A stretch of DNA of 64,000 bases from positions 4,620,479 to 4,684,478 of the forward strand of contig NW_003526944.1 of the NCBI RefSeq assembly GCF_000181795.1, in the 5' to 3' direction. The translations under genes were made by a program, and so were the position numbers. This document shows, piece after piece, positions 1 through 12,241 of this stretch; position 1 is the first letter of the stretch, and every line of letters begins with the position of its first letter. Source of the DNA: Trichinella spiralis (lineage: Eukaryota). The notes under the pieces are model-generated. The model saw only the letters and a program-made list of their open reading frames with translations. It ran no database searches and was not told where the DNA came from.

Positions 1-639
1 GGATAATTGTTTTCCATCAAAGTTTTCCCAAATATGGGACACTTAACCAGTAAATTACTTAATATGGACATGGATAATCACATTTCTTATTTTTTGAAAC
101 AAAGTTCTTCTTTTTATATGTAATGTGGAATAGTGTATATATGTTTTGGACTTAGCAAATGATGCTTTTAAATAGCTTTGTCTTTTTACATTTCGCTGAT
201 TACAGAAGATTATTTCAATGTGCTACATTAAGCTATTGTTTCAATATTTGTTTACAACTATTATTTATCATTATGATTTGTGCTCTTGAGCGTTCAGCAG
301 TTCCCTTTGTGCATTAGCTCACGTTGATTCTTTGAGATGCAAACTGATATTCACTATTATTTATTCATATTATTCGAAAAGATATCTCTAACCTATGACG
401 CAGAAAAAAGCAGAAGCTAGTGATGAACCCTGAAGAGTGAAATAAAGGAAAATAGAATTGACGGTCTTGTTCTTAACAAATTAAATATTTCATTCTCTTT
501 TGCTTTCAGTTTTGTTTGGTAAAATGATTTCGAAATGCAACAGTTTTTTTTTAATCTGGAATGTTGATCATTTGGTTATCATCGTATTACAACAATTGCA
601 ACTTGATTGTTTAGTCAACTCAGTAGTCGGTTTACTTTA

Positions 640-3600
640 GATATTGAAAAACAAATTTAATACAGTTTACACAAAATATACAATCACAGATGTTTATTTT
701 AAACAAAATTCCAGCAAACAATGATTTATATAGAAATCTGATAAAACAACTGTTTTCTAAATTTGATATTTATAGAAGGAACAAATACTACATTGCATCA
801 AAATTTCATTCCTATCTGTTCATTTTGACTAATTCTCATTTCAGAAGCCACCTAATCAAAGAAATTACGTTTAAAACATTTTAAGGCTTACGAATGCTCT
901 AAGCGATAAAACCAGGAACAAATGTTATTTGAAGAAAATACCTCTTCGTTCGATTCTTTAAACATTTGAGATAAATCTTCACGAAATCATTTTACTTGCA
1001 TACTTATTTATACTATATATTTTATTTCTCTTCTTTAGATTCGCACTAATATCGCATACTTCTGCTATCGCTGCTTTTCGTAAAATGGCCAAAAATTATT
1101 TGTCATAATTTCTGCTTTCTTTGAATGCTGGTTGCTTACAATAATGAATGATGGTGTTATGGAGAGTTTCAGCGGAAATTGCCCTGTAATTGTAAAATAA
1201 ATGCTTCTAAAGTTAGCACATTGTGCCTAGTTTAATACTTAGGAATGTCGTCCATCTGAAAATTCCACGAAACAGAACTAAGATGCGTGATTTGGGCATT
1301 TGATGAAAGTGGGCATTGAAAATGAACAACTTGGTGCAATATTTCACTTGTTTGGGAATTCCATTTTTCCTTCATTATCAGCCCGTAATGATTGCTTCGA
1401 TGGAATTTGTTTCAAAACAAGCTGAAATGGAAATATATACTTCAACGTGCTGGTTTCTGTTTGTTTATTTTTTCGTTATGCTAATATTTGTTGATTTTTC
1501 AACTTATTTACCATCAACATTGATTAATACCTGATTGTCATAACGTACGCCTTGAATGTCTCAATTGTTTGAAAAAACAGTTACTACATGGAATATAATG
1601 CTGTTTATGACTATTACTATACAATTAGTCCAAACTTGTCTCTTTTTGAATTAATTTTTTATTTTTAGTTGTAGCTGATTAACACATTTGAAAATGTGGT
1701 TTTAATGTAGTAGGTTACGATAACAAATGTATAGAAGAGTAATGAAAGTAAATAAATTAACAACTGATCACAACTAAATGCCAAAATGTATATTTCCCAA
1801 TCTTTTGAGATATTTACTTAGAATTTTAATAAAAGTAATGGGATATTGTTAGGAAAGCGCAGCGTAATTGCATTTGTAATAATTGAAAGACTAAAAAAGA
1901 AGTACTGTGCAGGACTGACGTCCATAAATTTGTAATAACACGCAGTCGCTGATTTTTTGAAAGATTTTATAAAACAAATAGTTTTCAAATATCACATTTA
2001 TAGACGTAACAAATGTAACATGATATAAAAATTAAATTCCCATCTCGTCATGTTGACTTATTCTCATTTCAGAAGCGCAATGAAAGAAATTACGTTTAAA
2101 AAATTTCAAAGTTTAAGAATGCTGTAAACGATAAAGAACAGTCAAGAACAAAGTTTCTTTGTTGAAGATACTTATCTTGGCTGAATTCTGTTACCGTTTG
2201 CGAGAAATCTTCGCAAAAGCATTTTCTTTGTATACTTATTTATTCTGTATATTTTATTACCTCTCGTTTTCTTCCCACCTAATATCCCATTTAGGTTCCG
2301 GTTTCAAAGTAATAACTCGACAAATAGTGAAGTAAAGACATTTGAATAGAATAGACAAACAGTTTGGCCACGTTCGCTGTTGTTTTCTAATTTGTTCTGA
2401 TCGATTTTGTACTTTTCGAAGGGAATCATTTAATCAAAAATTTTCTAAATTTCACGGGCTGTAGCTTTTGGAATTTCATGAATAACTGCTTGAATTTTAC
2501 GAATAACGCTCTTGAAAATTTTGAATTTTTTGATTGAACAAAATTTCCTATATTTTTTAATTTTGAGCAATCCAATTTTTCTTCACATAGATTCATAAAC
2601 AACAATAGGTTTATGATGAAGTTTCCATGAGTTTTTAAATCTACATTCGAAAATGGATAGATCTACATTCAATAATATACCATTTAATTTGAATAAAAAG
2701 TAATAACTTTCATATATAAGTAAATATTGGCTTTGTAACTATGTCATTATGCTATTACTGACTAAAACTGAAATCATTCCACCACAAGCTATGGCACATT
2801 CTACTTCCTCAGACTTCAGCTTGACCCACTTTCAAGAATGTTATCCCAATGGTTATTCAGTTTATTAGTGTGTAAAATAGCCATCATGAAGCGCGTTCAA
2901 CTCTCCTCAGTATCATCTACAATTACAGGGTAGGTTACGTTTTATTACTGAGCTCCCTATCTGATTATGTTTGAATGACTTCAATCAACCTCTTACCTCT
3001 TAGTCAGAAATTAAGTGTGAACATTATTATGTAAGCTAAATGTGCATATCTTTTCAATAATATGCAGTGACTGATTAAATGTATAAGCTAGTAAACTTAT
3101 TAGATAGGAAATTTCAAATTTACAGTAGAAATAATGTAATTTACGATGAATATTCTTGTCCAATTTTGTTATTTTGAGTAATTCTTAAATCTGCAGACCA
3201 ATCCATCAATAAAATTTTGAAAAATGAAAATTAAAGTTTGAGTGATGCAGTAATCTCTAAACAAAAATGGGGAATATGTTATTCAAATTTGAAAATATTT
3301 TTGGTGAAAACTTTAAATGTTTTTATGTAAAGTTCAGCGTAATGACTTTCTATGCATGCTTATATATTTATTTCATTTTATTTTTCTTCATTTTATTCCC
3401 ACTAATATCGCATTTCTCGGACTTCACTGTATTGCGAAAAAAGGCCAAAAATGTTTTCTTCGAAATTACTACTTTTCTTGAATGGTGGATATTCAGAATA
3501 TTAAAGATGGCGTTATAGAGAATTTCAGTGAAAATTGACAAGTAGTTTTGGAAAAAATGGCCTCTGAACTTTGCGCATTCCATCTATCTTAATACACATA

Positions 3601-4670
3601 ATACGTTAATACTTGCGCAATCTTATTAATCTGAATACAACTTCATACAGGAACGTTGCACATCTGTAACCACAGCGAAATGGAACCAGGATGCATGATC
3701 TTCAGCGAATGTAGCATTTCTGACACTTGTGTGAGCTATGCATTCAACTTGTGCTGCCTTGTTCAGTATTTTGCTTGTTTGCACAATCCATTTTTCCTTC
3801 ATTTTCTGCCGGTTTTGATTAATTTGTTGAACGTTGTTTTAGAATAATCTGAAACGGAAAAAAATACTTCAACATTCTCATTCTCTATTAATTTATCTTT
3901 TTATAATGCTTGATTGAAATGAATTTTAAAGTTTATCTTCCTTCAACATGGATTAATCCCTGAATGTCAAAACGTACGTCTTGATTGTCTGAATTTGTTC
4001 GAAAAATTATCATTTCAATTAATAAGATATAGTGGATGGTTTTTAGTATTCAATTAGCTTCTTATTGATACCAAACATGTCCTTCTTTGAATTCTGTTTC
4101 GCTTTTCAATTCTAGCTATATGCCGCATGTGAAAATGTGCTTTTACTGTGGCACTTTGCGATACCAATTGTATGAAATTGTAATAAAAGTAAATAAATTA
4201 AGAATTCATCACAACTAAGTGTGCCCCTTCATGGTATTTTTTTCAATAGTTTGAGATATTTACTGTTCAGTAAACGTAATGGAATGTTACTATAAAAGGG
4301 CAACGAATTCATTATTGCAATTGTATATTATATGAAATTATATGAAAACAGTATTGCGATCACAAATTTTGAATAATATGCAATCCATGAGTTTATGCGA
4401 AATCTGATAAAACAACTGGTTTTCAAGTTTTACATTTGTGAAACGGATAAATGCAATATTGCATAAAATTTGCATTCCCATTTCTTCATTTTGAATAATT
4501 ATCATTTCAGAACTGCAATTAATCAAAGAAATTACGTTTAAAAAATTTAAAGGTTTAAGAATGCTGTAATCGTTAAAGAAAAGTCAGGAACAAATTTTAT
4601 TTATTTTTGAAACCTTTTTCGATCAGTTCTTTATCTTTCTCAGAGACAACTTAACAAAACGCATTTCCTA
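640..4670 (-). pseudogene. Decayed tandem array of about three copies of an unidentified multi-exon gene
   Basis: Block TCATTTCAGAA...AAAGAAATTACGTTTAAAA...GAATGCT recurs at ~835-900, ~2060-2125 and ~4500-4565, and ~1000-1880 aligns with ~3350-4330. Minus-strand exon-like pieces are homologous (LAILRKAAIAEVCDIS vs LAFFRNTVKSEKCDIS) but carry stops and frameshifts. Confidence 0.5.
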
Positions 4671-5400
4671 TTATAGGGACGACTGAACTACACAAGTGTA
4701 TTTGATTCCGGGTCTAGTAACCATTTCTCCCAGTGAAGACCGTCTAGTGGTTATCATCGAAATTTCATTGGTTGTCCCGTAGATAAATTTCATTGGCTGC
4801 GTTGCCCAGAGTAGCGACTGCTTAACTCTAATTTTCCTATGCTAACAGGGCATGTAAGGCACATTCTTTATGCAAATTCGTCAGCGAACACCATGTTTCA
4901 GTTCAATAAAGTTTACTGGGGTACATCAGAGCAGCAACCAATGAAATACAGGGGAATGAAGTAGACAGAGTTCTTTGGGGAAATCATCTCTACCCCTCCC
5001 GACCTATTACCCCACTTTGAAGGGCTTCAATTGCGCCTTCTCCGTTCTCACCAACATTCGAGACTATCACTAATTCTTTCTTTCTATCGTTGCTGTATTT
5101 TACGAGTCCGATCTTTCTAGTCCTTCACGTTCACGACATTTGTTGATACGTGAGTGATCTTGATATGATGCTGTCTCTTCGTAATATTGACGACGCTGGA
5201 CACTTCTTAAATAAATTGATCACAACGACGGCATAAGTACCAACTCTCAATATTGACAACCTGGAATTATGGCTCATCCACCTCGAAAACTTTCACTTCC
5301 AGCAAGTCGTTGGTGAGGTTTGAAAGCTGCACCTGTCACTTAGCGCGATGCCTGAAGAAGCAGCCTGCGAGTTCCAGGACTTTCTCCTGATCGCTTGATT
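4671..5400 (+). mobile_element. Decayed LTR retrotransposon 5' end: LTR-like segment plus gag N-terminal remnant (Ty3/Gypsy-like)
   Basis: GC-richer insert that truncates the third tandem copy. AATAAA then ...TACA at ~4905-4925. ~5237-5397 reads VPTLNIDNLELWLIHLENF...*KLHLSLSAMPEEAACEFQDFL, resembling the Gypsy gag N-terminus (P-F...LWF...E..F...K...LP...DLL). 4800-4880 resembles 19040-19118. Confidence 0.5.
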
Positions 5401-6874
5401 TCTGTGGTACTGATTCACCCGTGAGCTTTGTGCGGTGCCCATCGCTCTTTAACCATTTTAAGGACGTATTTCCAAAAGACAGTTTTGTTTTACATGAACA
5501 CAGCATACAAAGCATAAAAAGGAAATAAAGAAGATGAAATGAAGAAAAGTGAAAAAATTCTATAATTATTTAGTTAAAGTATACTTCAAAAAAAATCAGA
5601 GAAAGAATTAATAATTGAAAACACAGTATATGTATTACTTAAATTGCTAAATTATCGAAAAGAATTTTACTAAGTAATTCACACATGAGATTGTGGCACA
5701 TTATATCCATAGTTATTATTTTATTTCACTGATGTTCCATTAATGATGGGGGCGAGTAATTAAGGTGCAAGAGTAAAAATGTGCATTCAGGTAAAAATGT
5801 AGTACTGAAAATTATTCTCCTGATGCTTTGCTATGAATGCATGCAAGTTTAAGTATATTTAAGAATTTTACAGTCTGAAGATGCGCAGAACTTAAAATAC
5901 TTTTGAAACAAAATTCTCAATTACATATAATTGAACGTTGACATTTTGTAAAAATGCATATTTCAATTGATATTTCGCGTAATTGTCTAGATGTAACTGT
6001 AGAATTCAATTAGAGGTATTCAATTTGCATTTGCATAAGGCATTCAATTTCATTCTCTACTGTAATGGTCAAATATGACTAAGAGCATTGTGTTTTCCAT
6101 TATGGAAAACAAAAAATACCGTTTTTTATACAGAAATTATTTAATTTTATTCTCACTTCATGTTGCTTTTGAAGTTTTATATCATTAGGACATTACATAA
6201 ATCAACATTTTCATCCAGCTACCTTTGCGTGTCAGAGGGTGCAACCAACGCAAGCAATGGGCACAGTGTGCACACTTATTGCTTATATTGTGTTGACATT
6301 ATGTTCAAATTCATCATTTGGTAGCATATTCAACTTACTTAAGCAGGCTTTTAACGTTGCATGCGCCATGTCTGAGATTTATGCAAATAGGGGCCGTTTG
6401 AAAATTGCCTTCATATTAACCATTCACAAGGTATATTGACTTTGTAAACTGAAAGCAGCGTTGAACAACATTTGCCCAGTTCATTTGCGCATTATGCAAT
6501 GACGAAGGCATGTTCCTAGATATAGAAAATGTTATCTTTTGAAACAAAGGCGTGGTGCAGTTTCAACTAAAATTAGCATGCAATTTCAATTTGTTTGCTT
6601 TTGAGCTTATGCGTGACCATCATAATATTTGTTCAACAAAATGAGAATTAGTTTCATACATATTATTAGATAGGAATGAACTTTATGTAAATTTTCCTGT
6701 GGCTACTATTAGTTGCTCTAGAAACTCATTTCAAATGATTGTAGGCGAACGAGGTGCGGCGAATGAACAATGGCGCTTTCAATGCAATGACAGACGAAGA
6801 AAACCATTAAAAATGGCTTTGTTTTTTTATTTATTATAACATTATTTCATTAAATTAATTCTTCTACATTTAGA

Positions 6875-9800
6875 TACAGAAGAATAGAAGATAAAAGAAG
6901 ACATCCCAAAGACAAGGGTAAGTTAGGTAAGTATAATTCTTTGAGTTAGTCTAATTAGTTAAACTTCACTGAGGAGTTCTTGAGTCTGTAATTTATATAA
7001 ATTCGAGCTGTAAGTTATCGAGCATGATTGTTTGTTAATTAGAGTAATTGGATGTAGATCATGAGTATTATTATAATTAATTTGAGTGGCTTTCCGCATT
7101 TGAACGTTTTCATGTCCCATGCCTTTTGAGTTGAGTTTAGGGTTCATTTGCGGAAAGAGAAATGGTTGAATAATTTGTCGATCATTTCAAAGGACAATTT
7201 TTGAGCATAGTGAGTTTGTAGCACTGCTATAGTTTGAGTATTAGAATAAGTAATTGCTTGAGAATAGCAGTGCAAGGATAGGAGGAATGTGAGATAGGGT
7301 GGTGTGCAGGAGTTCGACGGGTTACACTGCACGACGCGACCCTAACCGTATCAAATGATCAAAGTCCATATTTTCAAAGCTCACCTCTTCCTCTCCCGGT
7401 TGCGGTACCAGAGGCCTGCCGCCTTGCTCGGATCCCAGCAATGGGATCTCAAGCAAGGTTTTTTTTCAGCCCGGCCGCCCCCGCGCCGCCCCCCGCCCTC
7501 CTGCCCGTTAACGGGGACTTCCCTCGGCGGAGTCTCCTAGTCCCGTGCTGGCCAGAGACCGGTTTTAAAGAGATGACCCTGTCCATTTGTGTGGAAATGG
7601 ACGTTGTTTGAAATCTTGTGCAATGGGATTTCAACACCTATGTGAATTCGTAAGACGTATCTGTCCTAGAGGCAGTTATGCAAATTCGCAATTGACGTAG
7701 TGCTGAGACTCTGTTTCAGTGCCAATCTAGTGGTGATCGTTACTCCCCCAAGAGGAACGGTAAGCGTCGCTATGCGTTTGTGTTATTGTTACGCCGGCTC
7801 TGACACTTGGCCAATGATTGACATCAGATTTGCCGTCACACCTTTAACTAGTTCATTTGGCGTTGCACCTTTCATCAGTTTAGGCATAATACATTTGAAA
7901 TTAATCTCCGTTGAGAGTTTCCCCATATAATCATGCTAAATAGTTAAAATCTGTTAAAAATTTCTACATTAATTTTTTCATTTAGGAACTTAAATGATAA
8001 ATAAAATATAATGTTCATTCATCTTATAATTGGGCAATTTCACTTTATGTTTACATTGCACTGTTTTAAAGTAGAAAAGTTTATCAGTTTTTCATTTACA
8101 TTAAATCATATAAAAGATTTTAATTATTCATTAATTTCATACTGATAATAATATATTTTTAGTGTAAAGCAGTTTTTTACTTTAAACAATGTAATGTAAA
8201 AGTAGATTTCTACTTTAAAACAGTGCAATTTAAACGGTTAAGAGGGGTGCAATATAGTAAACAATAAATTAACAATAATATATTTATTAATTATTGATGA
8301 ATTAGCTATTGTTTGAATATAAATTTTTTACTTATAAAATGTTAATCGGGGTCTCCTTTAATTAGGTAATGGGAAAAGTAAACTTGGTATAAATGAAATA
8401 AACAATTAGCTTAGGCAAGGTGCAACGAGTTTAATCATTTTATAAATAGGAAGTAATCTTCTATAAATAGAATGTTATTAATCCGTAACATGTAGGAAAA
8501 CAATGTATTAAATGAGATTAATTTTAATATGCTAATTAGAAAGTTTAAAAGGCAACGTAAATGCAACACTGAGTATTTTAATTTTTAATTAGGTTAAATA
8601 ACGTCACTCGTAACTGCATATTTTAGCAGTGAGAGTTTTTTAATTAATGATTAACATACAATGTAAACACAAAAGTGGGTCATAATATTTCTAATTAAGT
8701 ATAATGACATCACTCGTAACTACATATTTCAGCAGGGATATTTAGTAGTTAATTAGAGGGTTTTAATTGCAAGCAAAAAACAGCAACTTACAGTAGTCAG
8801 ATTTATTCGAAAAGATAAGTAGGCATAATACATTAAATCAATAATGATGAGTTGTAAATCATACGGTAAGTATGCAAACATGAGTTGGTTCTGCAGGACA
8901 GTACATTAATATTGAGTATCAGGTGTGACGGCAATTTGATGTGCATGAGGCGGCAAGGCTTTGTAGGCGTAACGGTTCACATCTGCCTAGCAACGCACGC
9001 CATCTGGTGCGGAAGCTACGTCTTCGGCGGATCAGAATGGCCATCTGGTCCGTCGAGGGTGGATCAGATGGATCCACCCAAGGTCATCTCGGCCAAAATC
9101 GTGAGGCCAGCACGTGGGCTAGGAGGCGATGATGCCTTGGGGGTCCCCGGGGCAGGAGGGCGGGGGGCGGCGCGGGGGCGGTCGGGCTGACCGAAAGGCA
9201 GGCCTCCACCGCAACCGAAAACTTTTTTTTAAAAAAAATTCACAAAAAAAAGCAACCTTCCCCCCCGCTGAATCGACGAAAACGCGAAATCTCCCCCACC
9301 CTCACGATTTTTTCATGNNNNNNNNNNNNNNNNNNNNNNNNNNNNNNNNNNNNNNNNNNNNNNNNNNNNNNNNNNNNNNNNNNNNNNNNNNNNNNNNNNN
9401 NNNNGGAAGGGAGCTTCACGCTCCAGGATGGGGCCCATTTTTGGTCTCTCCATCCTCCACCTGCATTAAATATTTCAAGTCCCATTTCCGGCATGTTTGC
9501 CATTTCGCAGAACTCATTTATGCCAGACTTTATCTGTTTGTTTGTATTACATTGCACATTTATCTTTTTTTTTGAAAAATAAACTTTTTCATTAATAAAG
9601 AATTGTTGTTGTTGTTGCATTGCTCTTGGTTTATATTAAAAGAAAAAAATTTTTTTTCTTACTTTTAAATAGATTATTAATTTACATGTATTACGTGTAT
9701 TATTTCATTTTCCCCCATTTTAACTGTTTTGTTTTTGTTCCTATAAACTAATTAATATTGCTGGCTGGCAACTAGTAATGGCAAACATGATTTTTCCCTT

Positions 9801-10070
9801 TTTAACTAATCCTACATGAGCATCATCGTTAAGAAATAACGCAGTATTGGTCTTTTGTTACGTCTGTGTATTGTGTCTTTGTAATGAAGAAGCTTTCCAC
9901 ACTCGACTTTGCCAAATCGTATCTATCTTCTCCAACTTGCCTATACTTACCTTACTTGACCAACGAACGCAATTGACCAACATACGCAACTGACCAACAA
10001 AAAATTCGATCCAACCTATCCATATCTGATTACCAATCTTGGTTTTCTCCACTTGTCTTCTTTCTTCTCC
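6875..10070 (+). ncRNA. Putative very large structured RNA (or single-stranded foldback element), unclassified
   Basis: Nested long-range helices: 6894-6903/10054-10063, 6920-6935/9942-9957, 7397-7406/9208-9217, 7466-7506/9150-9190 (41 bp, one G-U), 7830-7843/8921-8934, 7846-7856/8880-8890, 7861-7871/8417-8427, 8055-8077/8207-8229. Many local hairpins; mismatches mostly G-U in + sense; GCAA, GAAA and cUUCGg loops; no credible ORF. Confidence 0.6.
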
Positions 10071-10649
10071 ATGTGCATTATTTTCCATGGTTTATTACGT
10101 GTTTACTTATTTGTATGCAATGCTTTTCATGTGTCAGAGGTTTTACAGAGTCAAACTCAAAAAGAATCAGAGAAAAAATATTTGGAGAAATAAATTGAAA
10201 AAAAACAATAAAATGTATGATATAAGAGGAAAAAAAGAGAAAATAAAAAAATCAGAAGAAATAATGGGAGAAGTTCAAAAATCGATAAAATGTATAAAAT
10301 AAAGAACGGAAAAATAATGTTTGAATAAATGGGAAAAAGTTTGAAAAATATCAATAAAATAAATTTGTTTAAATTGTTTTGAAATTTGTTTCGAAAACTG
10401 TTAGAAATCAAATTAAATGTAAAATGCAGAAACAAAAAAAGCCAAAATTAAAAATTATTTCGACACATGAAAAGCAGTTGCATACATAAATTTTGCTGCG
10501 TGAAAGACCAAGTACTGCATTAATTCAAAACTCAGCCATGTAGGTTGGTCGTTAACTTAATTACAACTATGGGATAACTTCGCCCTTTCGAAGTATCCCA
10601 ATCCCAGACCTACAGAANTGGGGTCCCCAGGAANTTTGNCTTCTCTTGN

Positions 10650-10756
10650 TCTGCTTCGTGTCGTCCTCGATCTGCTTCGTGTCGTCCGCGATTCGTTTCG
10701 TGCCCTCCGTGATCTGCTTCGTGTGGTCCCTCGATCTGCTNTCATGTCGTCCGCGT
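10650..10756. repeat. Minisatellite with ~21-bp unit GATCTGCTTCGTGTCGTCCTC, about 5 copies
   Basis: Directly visible tandem units; reads TTRSRSR repeats on the - strand; low-quality N-containing region. Confidence 0.8.
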
Positions 10757-12241
10757 TTTCACGTTTTCTTTTCTTTATTGGTCACATCTGTAANAATGCT
10801 AATTGATAAATCAAAAATTCTTCCCGCNTTTATCACATTTCANTTTANTTTGAAAAAGGNAGTTGAAATGCACAANTTATAGTNNCANCCCAATGAGGAC
10901 TATGTNAAAATTCNGGAATGACCTTAACANTTTAAAATNTCAGTCAAGATATNAAGCTATNCCGATANGAACGCTATNAANCAAAAANCACTGACNTTAG
11001 TNGNAAAACACGCCCTTCCGCATGGTCTGAAATTTCATATTTGCAAAAATTCNAAAAATNGNCCTACANNAAANNGGNAAATCNNNCCGCNAAAATGNTT
11101 TCNNTNAAAATATNAAGCACNCTCGNNGNGTANGNTGACAAACAAAGTTAACCGAACAAAAGATGTAATTTACCAAATGGCTCTGATGCTGTGAAATTTG
11201 AAAAAATAATTTAAAGTGAAAATAAAGTTAATTAATTTTCAATCTTTCTAAAGATGAAGTCATATCTAGTCTTAATATGAAAATTAAAAAGAACAGTTTT
11301 ACAGTGAAAAATATCTCACTCATATACTGTATACTACAAGCTTGAATAATTTCATTAAACTAAGGAATAACTTCACCCTTACGAAATATCATTAGCCGTG
11401 CTTCACAGAATCACAAGAAATCGCATTTACCTCTTCTGTTCTCTTCTCTTATTCTGCTTCGTGTCGTCCGTGTTTTCACATTTTCTTTGCTCCATTCATT
11501 AAACCTGTAATAATGATATTAAATCAAAAGTGTTCTCACTTTATCACAAAGTAGAATTACAAATAATATAATAATTAACTGCTATTTAATTAAAAAGAAA
11601 TTGTTTACAAAATGAGTATACAAAGTTTTAAAAAAATAACAAGCAGAAAAGTGGAATACTTGTCTGTAAATCTGAAACGGCCTTCAGCAGCTACTTAACG
11701 CCCGTAATGAACTGAGAGAACGTTCAACGAAGCTACCAATTGCCACGTAAATTAAACAAACAAACGCAACCTTACTGATGATAAGGCAGCGTTATAGCGA
11801 TCCTTATTTGCATAGTGTAGCGTTAGAAACCGGTTTTTAGTGCGTTAGAACTTTTGGCTGAAGATAAAAGCTAAACTAAGCCGCGTTACAATATGAGCAA
11901 AAGAAATGCTCTTCTAAATTCTACCAATAAGGAAAGGACTATTTAAAAATTCAAAAATGACCTTGACATTTACATTTTAGTCAAAATATAAACTATGGAA
12001 CAAAAAACGCCATAACAAAACAAAATTCACTTAGACAAAACACTTACGTATGTCTGAAAATTTTCTTAAGTTTTTATTCAAAGCTAATTTTAAGTGAACA
12101 ATTTGTGTGCAAAAGCTTGCTCGAGTCAGTTGAACGTCCATGTTAGCTAGTGCAATAGTAATTTTCGAATGACCATATTTTAATATTAGGCAAACAAAGC
12201 ATACAGGGTGTATTAAATCAAACTCAAGTGTACGGAAATTT

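Noticed and set aside
6880..7320. Mitochondrial insertion (G/T-skewed, contains an INLSGFP nad2-like stretch)
   Set aside because: No sustained frame resembling a mitochondrial protein in the invertebrate code; the G/T richness is explained by G-U-rich hairpins. A BLAST against mtDNA is still needed to exclude it fully.
7355..9620. Short GC-rich ORFs in the arms (7355-7540, 8885-9190, 9129-9575 and others)
   Set aside because: Low-complexity Gly/Arg/Pro by-products of the G/C tracts, with no motifs; some span Ns.
6875..10070. Hammerhead ribozyme, group I/II intron, RNase P/MRP or rRNA identity
   Set aside because: Only partial motif matches (CTGAGGA at ~6969, AAAGTCC at 7361, CAGACT at ~9524), without the required architecture.
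10650..10756. CRISPR-like array or SR protein
   Set aside because: Contiguous units without unique spacers, eukaryotic context and a disrupted frame.
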